DNA of 64,000 nt from the human T2T-CHM13v2.0 reference genome, Homo sapiens. The notes beneath the pieces are model-generated. The model saw only the letters and a program-made list of their open reading frames with translations. It was not told the origin of the DNA and ran no database searches. Made by a program: the position numbers and the translations under genes. The stretch lies in assembly GCF_009914755.1 (NCBI RefSeq), contig NC_060934.1, one strand, 5' to 3'. This document shows positions 51,290 through 64,000 of the stretch, one piece after another. Numbering within the stretch: position 1 is the first letter of the stretch; each line of letters begins with the position of its first letter.

Positions 51290-52510
51290 TACCGGAAGGG
51301 GGTGCCTGTTCGCTGCGCAGGTTAGGCCTAAGCGCACCTGCCCTTCAACCCTGTGCCGACGAGGCCCGAAGGCTTAAGCTCTGACCTGGCTACCGCCGCC
51401 AACCAGATGCGGTCCCCTGGGGCCACGCGCCGCCACGTGCCGCCACAGGGCCCGCCCCTCCCGCTCCAGGCCACGCCCCTCACCCACAGCCCTCGGAGGC
51501 TCTCTCCGCGGCTCCGCCTCCAAGCGACCTCCGCAAGTCCTCTCGTAACCCCTGGAGTAGCGCCGTCCCCGGGCGGCGGCCCCGCCCCCGCAATCCGGGC
51601 CCCGGGGCTGCCCCGCCCCGCCGGCCGCTCGGGAGGCGCGGGGGCGGGGCCCTGCGCGATGACGTGCGCGGGCGTGCGCGGTGACGGCCCGCGTCTCTGT
51701 TACTCAGCCGAGCGGCCGAGGCCGGACGACGCGGCTTGGATTGCGGAGCCGCGAGCAGCGCTGGGTAACGGCCGCGGCGACCACCCCGGACGGCCCCTGT
51801 CCCCGCTGGCGGGCTTCCCTGTCGCCGTTCGCTGCGCTGCCGGGTGAGTGCGGCGGACGCCGCAGGGCCGGGACGGCAGGCGGCCCCGTCGTGTTTATGT
51901 TATTGTGCCGCTGCCGCCGCCGCCGCCTTCTCCTCAGCCGTAACCCCCTCCTGGGAGTGGGGGCGGGAGCGCGCGGTGGGCGGGGGCGGCGCGGGAACAA
52001 TAGCGGCGCGGAGGCGGGGGCCAGCCGAGGGGGCGTGGGGCTGCGGGACCTGGGTGCGCTCCGCTGCCCGCCAGCCCGCCTGCCGCCGCGAGCCCCGCCC
52101 GCCTGTCCTCTCGCGTCCTCTTCGCGTGGGTCCTGCCTCCGCGGCGGGAGAAGAAAATGGAGCGGGGGGGTGGGTGGCAAGTTCTGAAACACTTCGGCAA
52201 GGGTCGGACGGAGGTGTCTTTGCGGCCCGCCGCGCCCTGGCTGCCTCCGGGGCGGCGGGGAGCCGGGGAGAGCGCTTCTGCCGGCAGGTCCCCAAGCCTG
52301 CCCCGCGCCCATAGGGACCGTATTTTGCTTCTCGATGCTTTCTTTGTGCTAACGTTCTGGGCGAACGCAGGCAGCAGCGCTGAAAAGGGCCAGAGTGGCC
52401 TGCAGCTCTGGGCTGCAGGGCAGAGAGCCCAGGCCCGTGGCTCGGGTGGGAGGTGTCCATCCAGCTTGGCCCGAGCTTCGGTGGTCAGCGCGCATTTCTC
52501 TTGAGGGTCA
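51290..52510. promoter_or_regulatory. MAPK8: CpG island / TATA-less promoter of MAPK8
   Basis: Very high GC and CpG density. Several GC boxes (e.g. GGGGCGGGGC 51641-51650), E-box CACGTG 51434-51439, TGACGTG 51660-51666. Confidence 0.95.
51699..51843 (+). other. MAPK8: MAPK8 (JNK1) non-coding exon 1
   Basis: GTTACTCAGCCGAGCGGCC...CGCTGCGCTGCCGG matches the recalled MAPK8 mRNA 5'UTR and ends at a strong donor CGG|gtgagt. The start is approximate. No MAPK8 coding exon lies in the window. Confidence 0.88.
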
Positions 52511-54189
52511 TCGGTGGTGACCTTTTGACTTTTTCACCCCACCCTCCCATCTCTTTGTCTCGCATTTGTGTTCCCGATTCAGAGATGGTAGAACCAAGTC
52601 CATTTTAAAGTACCCTGATGAACACTTTCCGTTTTTATTTCTGAAAGTTCCCTGCTTGGTCTTTACTGCGAATTTAATAACATGTTGACTACATGGCATT
52701 GTCCAGTGATTACTATTTTTACCTCTGAAATTCAGCGATCTTTCCAGTAGAATTCTGGTCCGTCAGTCCATTGTGTTTTGAGATAAGCATCCAGCAAGTA
52801 CCTCCTTGGCAATTAGAACATCTGTTTTTTCATTCATTCATTCATTCAGCAGCTGTTTAGTACCGTACTCAGATGAAGAGGTTTGGTGTGAAGGTAAAGT
52901 ATCCTTTCATGGAAGAGGATGCTTTGACTGAAGTATAATAGATGGACCTTTAAATGAGACAGTTACATAAGTGATGTCTGTTAAGGAAGGTATGGTTATA
53001 TTCTGGGTCATTTTTTAAGCAGTATATCTGGAAGTTCAAGTGTAATAGGAAGTAGAATTAGATTTGGTCTAAATATACAACAGCTTTTATTTATTTCTAA
53101 ATTTTATTTTTTCCAGTCTTGCAGCCTTACAGTCATTTGTAATGGTTACCTCAGATTCCCCTGCTGTGGTTAACGTTAAACCTAGGAGGTCAGATGCTCT
53201 AAGTGAACATGTTTAGTGCTGTGCCTGACAAAAGCAAGCAATCAAAATGGGACTTCCTTGAGGGCAGGCCTGTCTTGCATCTGTTTCTCCACCACCTAGC
53301 CTGGAATATAGTAAGTGTTCAATAAAAGTCGGATTGATGAAAAGCTCTTTGTAATTGATAATATTTAAAATCAAGCCTTAAAAAAAACCGTAATGTTCTC
53401 CATAAAGTTTTGGAAGCTTCATGCAACTGTCGCATCAGATGGCTAAATGGTCAGTTCATGTACATTATCTGTTATGATGACATGGGCTTTTGAATCACGT
53501 GTAGGTCATTCACTGTCCTAAAATAAAATCTTGTCTAAATATTTTTTTAATATGATAAATAAAGTAGGTTGTGGAGTGTGTGTTTCTGTGTATGTGCTAG
53601 TTTATGTGTGTCCGTGTGTGTGCATGTACGTAATCCACACACAGGCACTCATAAACTGGTATTTCAGTAGGGGTCTAAAATGATTGCATTTATAATTTTG
53701 TGAATATTATTTGAAAGTTTTTTGGTGACTCTTATTGTGGAAAATTGAGGACAAAACCACATAAATGTTTTATTAGAAATATTTCTAATATTTTAGAAAT
53801 GTTTACTTGAAATGTTTGGTTTTAAGTTCTAACTTGTATTAACACAATTGGTACAAAATATGAGCCTAAAACTCAAAATAATTGATTTATCGAAGTTAAA
53901 GCTCTTTTCCACTTACTAAATACAGTTTAGCGTTTGTTTTGTATTTGAAAGAATATGAAATGAGTTAACTAATGAGTTTCTTATTATTTGCTGTAAAGTG
54001 GAAATGAAGAAATAAGAAAATAATACTTTTTTAAGATGATGGTTGAAAATCTTTGAGATACCAAAGTTTTATTGCTTTACCTAGTTAGGGTATGTCAGAT
54101 TCTAGTAGGGGTTACTGACAATCCTTTGGCAGTAGCTCACAGGCTGTGTAAAGAACCAGAGTTGTGTTACTTTGTTTTCCAAATTGTTG

Positions 54190-54362
54190 GTTTTTAAAAA
54201 TAGCTTTATTGCAATTTAATTGACATAAAATTCACCAGTTAGAGTGTATATATTTCGGTTTTTAGTATTTTCACAGTGTTGTGCCTTGATCACCATCACT
54301 AATTCCAGAACATTGTCATCACCCCAAGAAGAAACACCATATCCATTAGCAGTCACTCTGAA
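54190..54362 (-). mobile_element. L1M 3' end fragment
   Basis: ttccagaacattgtcatcaccccaagaagaaacaccatatccattagcagtcactc. Confidence 0.65.
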
Positions 54363-55750
54363 TTTCACTTCAAATTATCCTTTAAAGTAAGAGATATAGC
54401 ATCGATTCTGTTAGTAAATATATTCCTTTAGTAAGTATGAAAAGGGCTCCTTTTAAATGTCCTGTCCTGGCAGAATAGGAAACTATATCCTTCATACTCC
54501 TTTAGATCCTGGGGGAAATGCCATTTGGAAAGGAAGTCAGTGCAAGAATAAATTGTATACAAATTAATGTGGTTATAATCTTAACTATTTGCTCCATGCC
54601 TGATATTATCAAAGTGACCTTGTGAGGATGAGATGTTCAGTGAAACAACTTGAAGGAATTTGTTGTTAAATGACTAGTCCCCAACTATCCTAGTGCTAAG
54701 AGGTTGTTGAATAGGAGCCTGCTTCTTGTTGGTCTGCTTTGCCAGCGGGTTGAATTTTGACATATTTCAGTCATCTACATGGTTGAGATGCTTTGTTGCA
54801 CGAGTGGAAATACAAAATAATGTCTGACATTAGGATTCCAGTGCTCTAGAGGTCTCTGGTCAAGTCAATGGTATGGGTAGTAGCTTTTCTGATTCATGTG
54901 GTCCAAGGAAGTCATTATAACCACATAGCTTTATATATGAATCATTTGCCTATGTCAGTGAACTGTGATGCTGATTGTCTTAATCATGAGCTCTTTACCT
55001 GAACATTTAGAAGCCTTGCATTCTTACTCTTAATGCAGGTTAAGTTGAACTTTGATTTCAGAAGTGAGTTGACTGAAAGGTAACAGGAGTATTGAAATGA
55101 GTTATCCTGTCATTCAGGTCAATAGGTGGAGCTAGAGCAATCCAGGAATCAGACCTAGGTTCATTTCTCAGTTCTGCCATCTGGACTTTGTCATCAAATT
55201 CTGGAGCTTTAGGCAAGTGCCTTAATGTTTTTGGCTTTAAAAGTATAAACTGAGGCTGTCAGAACTTTTTTTTATAGAAGGCTTGTTCCTCAGATAGGTG
55301 GTTCTTGAGAAAACATACTAGGACAAAAAGAGCCCTTCTTGGGTGATAATCAGAAGCCTAAGTTAAGAACAGTAGTCAAAGTTAGGATTTTGTAATTTTG
55401 TAATTTTCAGAAGCCAAAAAAATTGTTGAGTTGAATTTTTTCTTTAATATCCAGACTTAGAAAACAAATGGAAGGCTTCACCATAAGCTAGAGATTCTTG
55501 GAAAGGTAGGCTTTTATTTATTCCACAGCATCATGCCTTCTAATGAGACCGTATGCTCCCAGAGACTTTGTGGAAGACATAAAATGAGTTCATTATCCTC
55601 AGGAAGCTTATAATCAAGGATTAGACTGAAGGCATCGCTAAACAGTTAATTTATGCTCTTTTAAAAGGTATATGAAAGGGTTCCCGCCAAACAAAAGCCC
55701 ACTTCACATCTCTGTGCAGGCCAAATTTCACTGAAATCCAGTTTTTAAAA

Positions 55751-55751
<1 letters not shown>

Positions 55752-55783
<32 letters not shown>

Positions 55784-55798
55784 TATACGTATGTGTAT
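55752..55798. repeat. (TG)n microsatellite
   Basis: Directly visible. Confidence 0.92.
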
Positions 55799-55984
55799 GG
55801 AGAGAGACAGAGAGGAGACCCCTTTTTGGAAAACTTAGTAGCTTCCATTCTTTTTCTTGGAGGTGGGTTATATCACAAATACAAGAGATACCTGTGTTTC
55901 CTGTTACCCTTTATTATATTTCAGATTTAGTTAAAATCTGCCATTCTTTAGAAAGTCAAGGAACTCAAACCTTACAATGATTGC

Positions 55985-56200
55985 TAGCGTGGGTTTTAAG
56001 GTCAGCCCTGAGTTCTAATCGTGCTCCAATCTAACTAACTGTGGTATAGGCTAGTTCAGGTTATATAACATATTTGGGCCTGTTTTATTATCTGTCAAAT
56101 GAGAATAATAATAGCACGTAACCTCATAGGGCTGTGAGGTTTAAATTAGGTACTGCATGTAAAGTGCCTGGCACTGTTGTGGTGGCTGGAATGCTAGATA
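55985..56200 (+). mobile_element. MIR SINE
   Basis: atctgtcaaatgagaataataatagcac...catgtaaagtgcctggcac. Confidence 0.65.
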
Positions 56201-58103
56201 CAAGTATTCAGGTAGTTTTTGCTATTGTTATCACTTACATTTAACTTTGAACAAACATAAAATGCCAAGTAAACGTCAAACCAGTTTAATGCACAGTGTC
56301 CATTCTAATTCTCCAGAATATGCCATTTGTTTCACTCTGCATCTCTGGGGGGTTTATTTAAAATTCGATCATCTCATGTAATCTGAATTGACTGAGATGA
56401 TTTATATTAACATTTGGACCAGTAATCCTCTCTATCTTAAAATTTGGAAATGTTCCAGAAGCAAATATTGAAGGGAACATATTTGCCACTTTCACGATTT
56501 TTTGCCTTTTCCCACAGGAGAAAATTGCCTAAGCTTTCCTAGGTTTGTTATAGACATCTAAAGGAATGAGAATTTAGGAGCTACGAATAGCTTTATCATG
56601 TGACACATTTGAAGAAAATGGAATGCTGTCACATCTTTTAAATTTAGTGTTATTGGGATCTTCGATTCTGTGAAGATTGCAGATTTGTCAGAGACCTGGT
56701 AACCACAACAATTCATTGAGGCCTGGAGGCCTCTTAAAAAATGAGGGAGATTATTTATTAGTACCACTTAGAAATATTATCTTTTCTGTATTTTCTGTGG
56801 TTTTCTAAGTCTTCTGTTTAGCGTTTCTATGATTATAATGGTGGATTAAATTTCTTGTTCCTTCTCAAGAGCATCTACTATGAGATGACACTGGTTTTTA
56901 CTTCGGCAGTATTTACTGAGCATTGCACTATACTAATCCAGGTATTCGGTGATGTAGGAACCAAAGGAAATAGAAGTCAGTTTCTGCCCTCAGTGAGCTG
57001 AGTATAATTTGATAGAAGATAAGGATTAACGTAAGCACATTTATGTCCTAACACAAGGAAGCAAATATTGTTAGTCATTTCATTAGGAATTTCTTTTGTC
57101 ATTGGGGCATTTGGGGCCTTCCAAACCTTACATCTCTTGCCATGCCTTTGTACTCACTCGATAAACCTGAGAAAGCAAGATATCTTCTTTTCTGATTCCT
57201 GGTTTAAGTTGAGAGTGTGGTGCACATTAGTCAAAATCCAAATCATAAGAAAAGGCAAACCTTATGAATTCATTTTGGAATACAACAGGGTATCAAAATA
57301 AGTATATGAGAAATATGAAAAGCTGACAGTAGAAAAGATGCTACTCAGGTACTAACCAGAGTTCTCAATCTCCTCTGTATTGAAGCTCTTATGATGTAAG
57401 GCTGGATCTGTACTAGAAACACTTTTTAAAGTCTCTCTCCAGTATTGAGAAGTATAGTCCTCCAGTACTGCCTCTTGGTGCTGAGAGACTCAAGCCTGCC
57501 ACCCACCATATTTCTGGGGAAACTAGAAACGAAAAATAGCCACACACAAGCACTTGCTTTGCTTGGCAGGAAACATCAAAACCATAAGATGTTATTTCCT
57601 AAAAGTCATTAATTGGGTAGAAAAATCACCATTTTCTGACTTGTTCCAGGAAGGATGGCTTTCTGATTTTCAGATGCCATTGGGTCAACCAAAGGTAAGA
57701 TAAAGAAAAGCTACTGCTGTGTGGATTTTTCTGTGACTTGAGAAAGCGTCACTTTTCAGTTAAACAAAAACCAAAGCATCTAGCTTTGGCTGTTACTATT
57801 GAGAATTTAAAAGTCTTAATGTTTTAATTTGTTTACATTTTATATTTTGACTAAGTAGTAATGAATTCACTTTGACTCAAAATTCCAAAGATTTAAAAAG
57901 ATAAAGAATCTCCTTTTCTACTCTGTGTAGCCACCTAGTTCTTCTGCCTGGAAACTGTTAAAATTCCTGTGAATACTTCCAAAGATAGTTTATATATGTT
58001 TAAGTATATAATCCTTTGTTCAAAATCCTTGGTCCAGATGTATTTTAGAATGAAGGCTTTTTTTGCAGTTGTGGAAAGATAATGTAGCACATCTACCGTG
58101 TTA

Positions 58104-58482
<379 letters not shown>

Positions 58483-58734
58483 CCCAGAAATAATCAAAGA
58501 CATTAATATTTTTATAAAAGCATAACAAATACAAGTAGGGTGAATAAAGATTATAAAATCTTATGCTACGTCTCGTCAGGTTTTACCACCAAATACGTTT
58601 GTACTAAACTTATTTTAAAAACGTATTTTTCACAGCTTTATGGATTTTGGCTTTGCCAATGAAGGATAGGTGTCATACATATATACAGTACTGTATAGCC
58701 TCTGCTCTGCTCCCTCCCTTTTTATTTAATGTAA

Positions 58735-58987
<253 letters not shown>

Positions 58988-59081
58988 GCTTTTTGTTTTA
59001 ATATAGCTGAGAGATTATTTTATATCAGTCATATCAGTATGTAAATGGCATGCTTTTTTAACATCTTTGTGGTATTCCATT

Positions 59082-59443
59082 TGTCTTACTCTGTTTGGGC
59101 TGCTATATCAAAATACCATAACTTGAGTGGTTTAAACAACAGAAATTTATTTCTCACAGTTCTGGAGGTCGGGAAGTTCAAGATTAGGCTACTTAGTCAA
59201 TTTGGTTCCCTGGTGAGGGTCCTTTTCCTGGCTTTATAGGTGGCCGGCTTCTGGATGTATCCTCACATGGCCCCTAAGAGCTCTAGTCTGTTCCTCATCC
59301 TATCATGGGGGCTCCACCCTCATGACCTAATATAGTCATGAGAGGCTTAGTTAACTCCTAAAGGTCTCTCCTCCAGATACTATCAAGTTAGAGGGTAGGC
59401 CTTCAACATATGAATTTGGAGGGACACAGACAGTCCATAACAT
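59082..59443 (-). mobile_element. MLT1A-like LTR
   Basis: tgtcttactctgtttgggctgctatatcaaaatacc...tttggagggacacagacagtccataaca. Confidence 0.8.
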
Positions 59444-59449
59444 CATTAT

Positions 59450-60900
59450 ACTGGTATACCATTTAACTCCTTTCTGATGCATATTTAGGTAGTTTTCAGA
59501 CTTTTGCTATCAAAAGCCATGGTGCAGTGGATTACCTTGTGCATACGTCGTGTTGCACTTAAATGCATAGGATAAATTTCCAGAGGTAGAGTTCCTAGGC
59601 CAGCGTATGTGCATTTGTAATTTTATGTATTGCTGAAGTGTAGCCTGTAGAGGTTGTCCAACTTCCATTCCACCAGCACTGTGTAAGGATGCCTGCTTCT
59701 TATTACCCTTAGACGTCTTTCATCTTTTAAGGGCTGTTTGTGTTTTCTTTCTTTTGAACTGTCCTTGTCTTTGCATGTTTTTCTATTGCTTTGTTGCTCA
59801 TTTTCCTAGATTTGTAGGATTAATTTTACAAATTGGCTCCATGCTATTTTTTGGAAATGTTTTTCCCCAATTTGCTGTTTTCCATTCTATGGTAGGCTAT
59901 TATGTATGGTTCCAACTTTATTTTCTTCACCAGATATCCATCCATTTGTCCCTACACCATTTATTAAATAATCCATCTTTGTCTTAACTGATTTAAAATG
60001 CCACCTTTACCATTTACAAAATTTCCACGTGTATTTGGTACCATTGTTTCCATTGACCCATCTGCCTGTTTGGGACCTGAGCCATCCTGTTTTTATTATT
60101 GTAGTTTATGCTGTGTTTTCTGCTAGGTCTAATTCCCTTTTATTTCTCTTCCTTTTCAGAAGTTTTTTTCTGGCTTCTATCTTGTTTATTTTATATGAAC
60201 TTCTAAAAACAACCCATCTAGTCTAGTCTGTACCCCTCCTCTGCCAGTCTTTCTGTTGGAATCACTTTTTTTATTTTATTGTGGTAAAATTATGCACAGC
60301 TAGATGCACAAGCATTACAGTCCAATAAGTTTGCCTTTGTATACACTTGTGCAATCCCAGATCAAAATACAGAACACTTCCATCACCCAGAACCTTTTCT
60401 TACATCCTTTTCAAGTTACCTTGCTCCCCAGTGATTGGCTTCTATTACATGGATTCAGTGTACTGTTAGGATTTCTTTGTATTTATAGAATAAGTGACAG
60501 CTTTATGATGTACCTTTATATCCAAGAATAGGAAAAACAACCTTTTCATTTGTTGAAGTCTCATTTTGAGTTCCTGATAGCATTTTTAAACATTAAAATT
60601 TTTTTTTGCTGTTTTATATATTTAAGTTTTTTTTTTTTTTGCTGGAAATGGCATCTTTTTTTCCACTTTTATCTTCTATCTGGTTATATATAAGAAAGCT
60701 TTTTATTTTGTATATTAGTTAATATTTTATATATTAAATAATAAGCCCCCTGTAGAATATTTATTATTTCTAATAGTTTTGTAGTTGAATTTTTTATTTT
60801 TCTTATGTCATGCCAGCTTTTTTGTTTCCTTTGATTTTTACCTCCTCCCTCCCCCAACTTTTTATACTCTTATATTTTTTCTTATTGCATTTATAGTGGT
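59450..60900 (-). mobile_element. Old L1M fragments
   Basis: T-rich degenerate antisense L1 (ttccattccaccagcactgtgtaaggatgcc; caccatttattaaataatccatc). Confidence 0.6.
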
Positions 60901-61165
60901 GATTTTAGAAGATTATAGTTTTCCTCCATTATATGTAAAATGAGCCAAAATATCTGTTTATCTGTTGAGTATTTAAATGTTATGAATAATAATGAAATTA
61001 GGGAGGGATTATGGGAATACTTAAAGTAGTGTGAAGTTTTCTCTCTAAAGTTAATGTAACTTGAAATGAATTGTGGTTTTCAAAATGTTAAATGGACAAG
61101 TTGGGGATCACTTGATAGTGAATGTAGGATTAGCAGTTAACTGCCTTGTGTCTTATTTGATGATA

Positions 61166-61496
61166 CAGTCATGCACCACATGGTGAGGTTTCGGTCCATT
61201 ACAGACCACATATGTGACAGTGGTCCCATAAAATTATACCATATTTTTACTCTATTTTTTCTATGTTTAGATACACAAATACTTCCCATTGTGTTACAGT
61301 TGCCTGCAGTATTCAGTACAGTAACATGCTGTACAGGTTCGTAGCCTAGGGTCAGTAGGCTACACCATATTATAGCTTAGGTATGTTGTACTATCTAGGT
61401 TGGTGTAAGTAGATTCCATGATGTTTGCACAGTGACGAAATTGCCTAATGATGCATTTCTCAGAAGGTATCCCCGTCCTTAAGCAAGGTGTGACTA
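61166..61496 (+). mobile_element. Tigger3a MITE, both ends present
   Basis: TA-cagtcatgcacc...aaggtgtgacta termini and Tigger3 internal motifs. Confidence 0.83.
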
Positions 61497-61969
61497 TGTG
61501 TATAGGCTGCTTTCTATGTGCTTAGCACCCAGAGGCAGCTCCCGGAAATATAATTTAGTCTGGTGTCAGAGAGCATGCAGTCAAAGTAGAGGTCAAGATA
61601 TGAGAAGTATGAAGTGAATGAATGTAGACAGGAGGGTCTTAAGCTTGGAAAAATGCAAAAATCAAGTCAGGAAAGCACAGGAGTGAGAGGGTGCAAAAAG
61701 TGAGTTTGATTTGGCAACTGGATTGGGGCAGGTTGCTCATCCTTATAAAATTATATGGTAGTTAGGTACTTAGCTGAACTTCAGTAGAGATCTCATTGCT
61801 TAATGGGGATTAAATAGTTTATTTTCTGTCTCTTCTTCCCTTCCCCTGCTCCCACCAAAAAGCTAAGGCAGTTTTCTACTGAAGGACGCATACATCGTTA
61901 AGTAAGCTAGAAACAAAAAGTTAGAACCTCGGGAAAACAAGTATCCAGACTATCCTAATGGTATAGGAG

Positions 61970-62120
61970 CTAATGCATATTTGGTGCCTATCATATACCA
62001 GGCACTGTTCTTGTGCTTTATGTATGTTAAATTGTTTAAACATCCCACAGCAACCCTACAAGGTGGGCACTGTTACTCCCATTTTATACATGAGGAAACA
62101 GGCATAGAGAGATTATATGG
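61970..62120 (-). mobile_element. MIR SINE
   Basis: ccaggcactgttc...ccattttatacatgaggaaacaggcatagagag. Confidence 0.75.
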
Positions 62121-62205
62121 GAAGTTGTTGGTGATCTTGTTGGGTGGTTTTATTAAAGTGGGAAGAAAGAAGCCAAGTTGAAGATGGTTAAAAAACAATG
62201 AATGA

Positions 62206-62490
62206 TTTTTCTTTTTAAAGACAGGGTCTCCCTCTGTTGCCCAGGCTGGAGTGCAGTGGTGTGATCGTAGATCACTGCAGCCTTAAACTCCTGGGTTCAA
62301 GTGAATCTTCCTGTCTCAGCCTCCAGCCTCCCGAGTAGCTGGGACTCGGCTGGCGAATTTTTAAGTTTTTTGTAAAGATGGGGTCTCACTGTGTTGCCTA
62401 GGCTGGTCTGAAACTCCTGGCCTCATGTGATCTTACCACCTCCGCCTCCCAAAGTGCTGGGATTATAGGCGTGAGCCACCACACCCAGCC
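62206..62490 (-). mobile_element. AluJ
   Basis: Reverse Alu dimer. Confidence 0.9.
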
Positions 62491-63058
62491 CCTGAATGAA
62501 ACACTTTGAAAAAGAGTGAGAAATGAGCAAGTGCTGACACAGTGGGTGCAGACCACTCTTTTAAGATTAGCTCTGAAGTGAACAAAGAAATGGGTTGGTG
62601 GATAAAGGAAATTGTGAGGCTCAGAAAATGAGTGAAAATGGCATTGCTGTATGTAGGAAAGGGGATGCAGAGTACGGGTAGAGAGTTTGGCCCTCAGTAG
62701 AGGAGAGATCTTTTCCATCTAACAGGAGGAAATGCAGAAAAGTTGTGTGCCCTTGCGAGGAAGTTTGGAAGTTGGAAGGTGAAGGCCTATTCTCCTGGCT
62801 TTCATCTTCTCTGTGGTTTCTGTTTGCTCAATGAAGCATGAGATTCATACGGGCAGAAAGGGATGGGAGTTTGGGGAGTTTGAAGCAGTTTGCCAAGAAG
62901 TATTGATTGTTCATTTAAGGTTTAAAATCTTGAATTTAAAGTGATATCAGTCAGCCTGGTTTTGTGACCCCCCACCCCCCCAGCATTATTTAGCTGATTA
63001 GTTACAGGCACAGATTAAGGCAGGTAGTTGAATTTACCCAGGGTGAGATTTTGCCAGG

Positions 63059-63433
63059 TGTATTAGAGTTCTCCAGAGAAACAGCAAATCGGAGTTATAG
63101 GTAGGTAGACTGAGATTTTAAGGCATTTGTTTTTGTGAGGGCTGGCAAGTCTGAAATCTGTAGGGCAGGCAGGAAATTCTTGGTCAGGAGTTAATACTGC
63201 AGCCTTGAGGCAGAATTTTGTTTTTCTCAGGGAAACTTGTTTTTGCTATTAAAGCCTTACCAAGTGATTGGATGAGGCCTACCCACGGTATCAAGGATAA
63301 GCTCCTGTACTTAAACTTGACTGTTTGTAGATATTAATCACATCTACAAAATACCTTCACAGCAACTACATTAGTGTTTGAATAACTGGGTACTACAGAC
63401 TAGCCAAATTGACACTTAAAACTAACCATCACA
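63059..63433 (-). mobile_element. MLT2 solo LTR within L2-like sequence, TSD CCAGG/CCAGA
   Basis: tgtattagagttctccagagaaac...ttgacacttaaaactaaccatcaca. Confidence 0.85.
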
Positions 63434-64000
63434 CCAGATCAGTTCAAAAGAAGGAAAGGGGGACAAGGGAAATAAGGACCTTTTAACTAGAATGCTTATT
63501 GTGTGGTGGTGGTTGAGTGTGTAACTGGCCACAGGGTTTGAGTAAGTTAACTTGAAAGATTGAATGCCATGGTCAGAGTGGAATACCTGAAAGAGAGATT
63601 TCACAAGTATGACAATTATTGACATTAATAATGCTCAGGTTAACTTTGGGTGTGGGCTTCCGAGGTGGAATTCAGAGACAAATCCTGAACGTGAGGAGGC
63701 CAATGAGTTAAAGAGTCTGAGGTATTAAAAAAGGGTCAGTCTGCATGCATGGTGAAATCAGCAACTAGTGAGGGGAGTAAGGGTACGTACTGTAAACCAG
63801 TTGTAATGTCCTCAATGAATAAGGAAGAATTGGAGGGAGGCTAGACGAACAAGAAAGGTTAAAGGTAGTGTAACAGGCTAAGTTTGCTTGTCACAAATTG
63901 GGAATTTCAGAAGGCCAAGTAAAGGAATTAGGAGGATGAAGAATTGAGTCAAATGGAGGACGTACACAGCAGTGTGGCAGTGAGAATTCAGAGAATAATA

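Noticed and set aside
51353-52504. Long overlapping ORFs (up to 202 aa) on both strands of the CpG island
   Set aside because: Expected from stop-codon scarcity in GC-rich DNA. They are Arg/Pro/Gly/Ala low-complexity, have no family match and cross the exon 1 donor.
56518-56698. Strong acceptor (ttttcccacag) suggesting another MAPK8 exon
   Set aside because: Only weak donors follow; such pseudo-acceptors are common in long introns.

Overview
Primate (almost certainly human) euchromatic DNA. From recalled sequence I place it at 10q11.22. It holds the 5' ends of two divergently transcribed genes about 32 kb apart. FRMPD2 exon 1 is on the minus strand (CDS 19509-19485, MQPLTKDA-G, then a GT donor; intron 1 runs off the left edge). 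The CpG-island promoter and non-coding exon 1 of MAPK8/JNK1 are on the plus strand (~51699-51843; intron 1 runs off the right edge). Between them lies a 5'-truncated processed RPS6 pseudogene (~37753-38497). Most of the rest is transposon-derived: old L1M and L1PA LINEs, L2, MIR, Alus, MaLR (THE1, MST, MLT1) and ERVL (MLT2 plus pol/dUTPase) LTR elements, and hAT/Tigger DNA transposons, many with visible target-site duplications (TSDs). Repeat subfamily names come from remembered consensus sequences and were not checked with RepeatMasker. Nearly all ORFs in the supplied track are spurious or TE/pseudogene remnants. I found no new biological system. The best leads are (i) several local templated insertions, (ii) an L1 inserted into an older L1 at nearly the homologous position, with a short 3' transduction, (iii) THE1 LTRs carrying DUX4 motifs and pointing at FRMPD2, (iv) a candidate uATG-bearing MAPK8 5'UTR cassette exon and an FRMPD2 uORF, and (v) conservation of the head-to-head JNK / PTPN13-family gene pairing.
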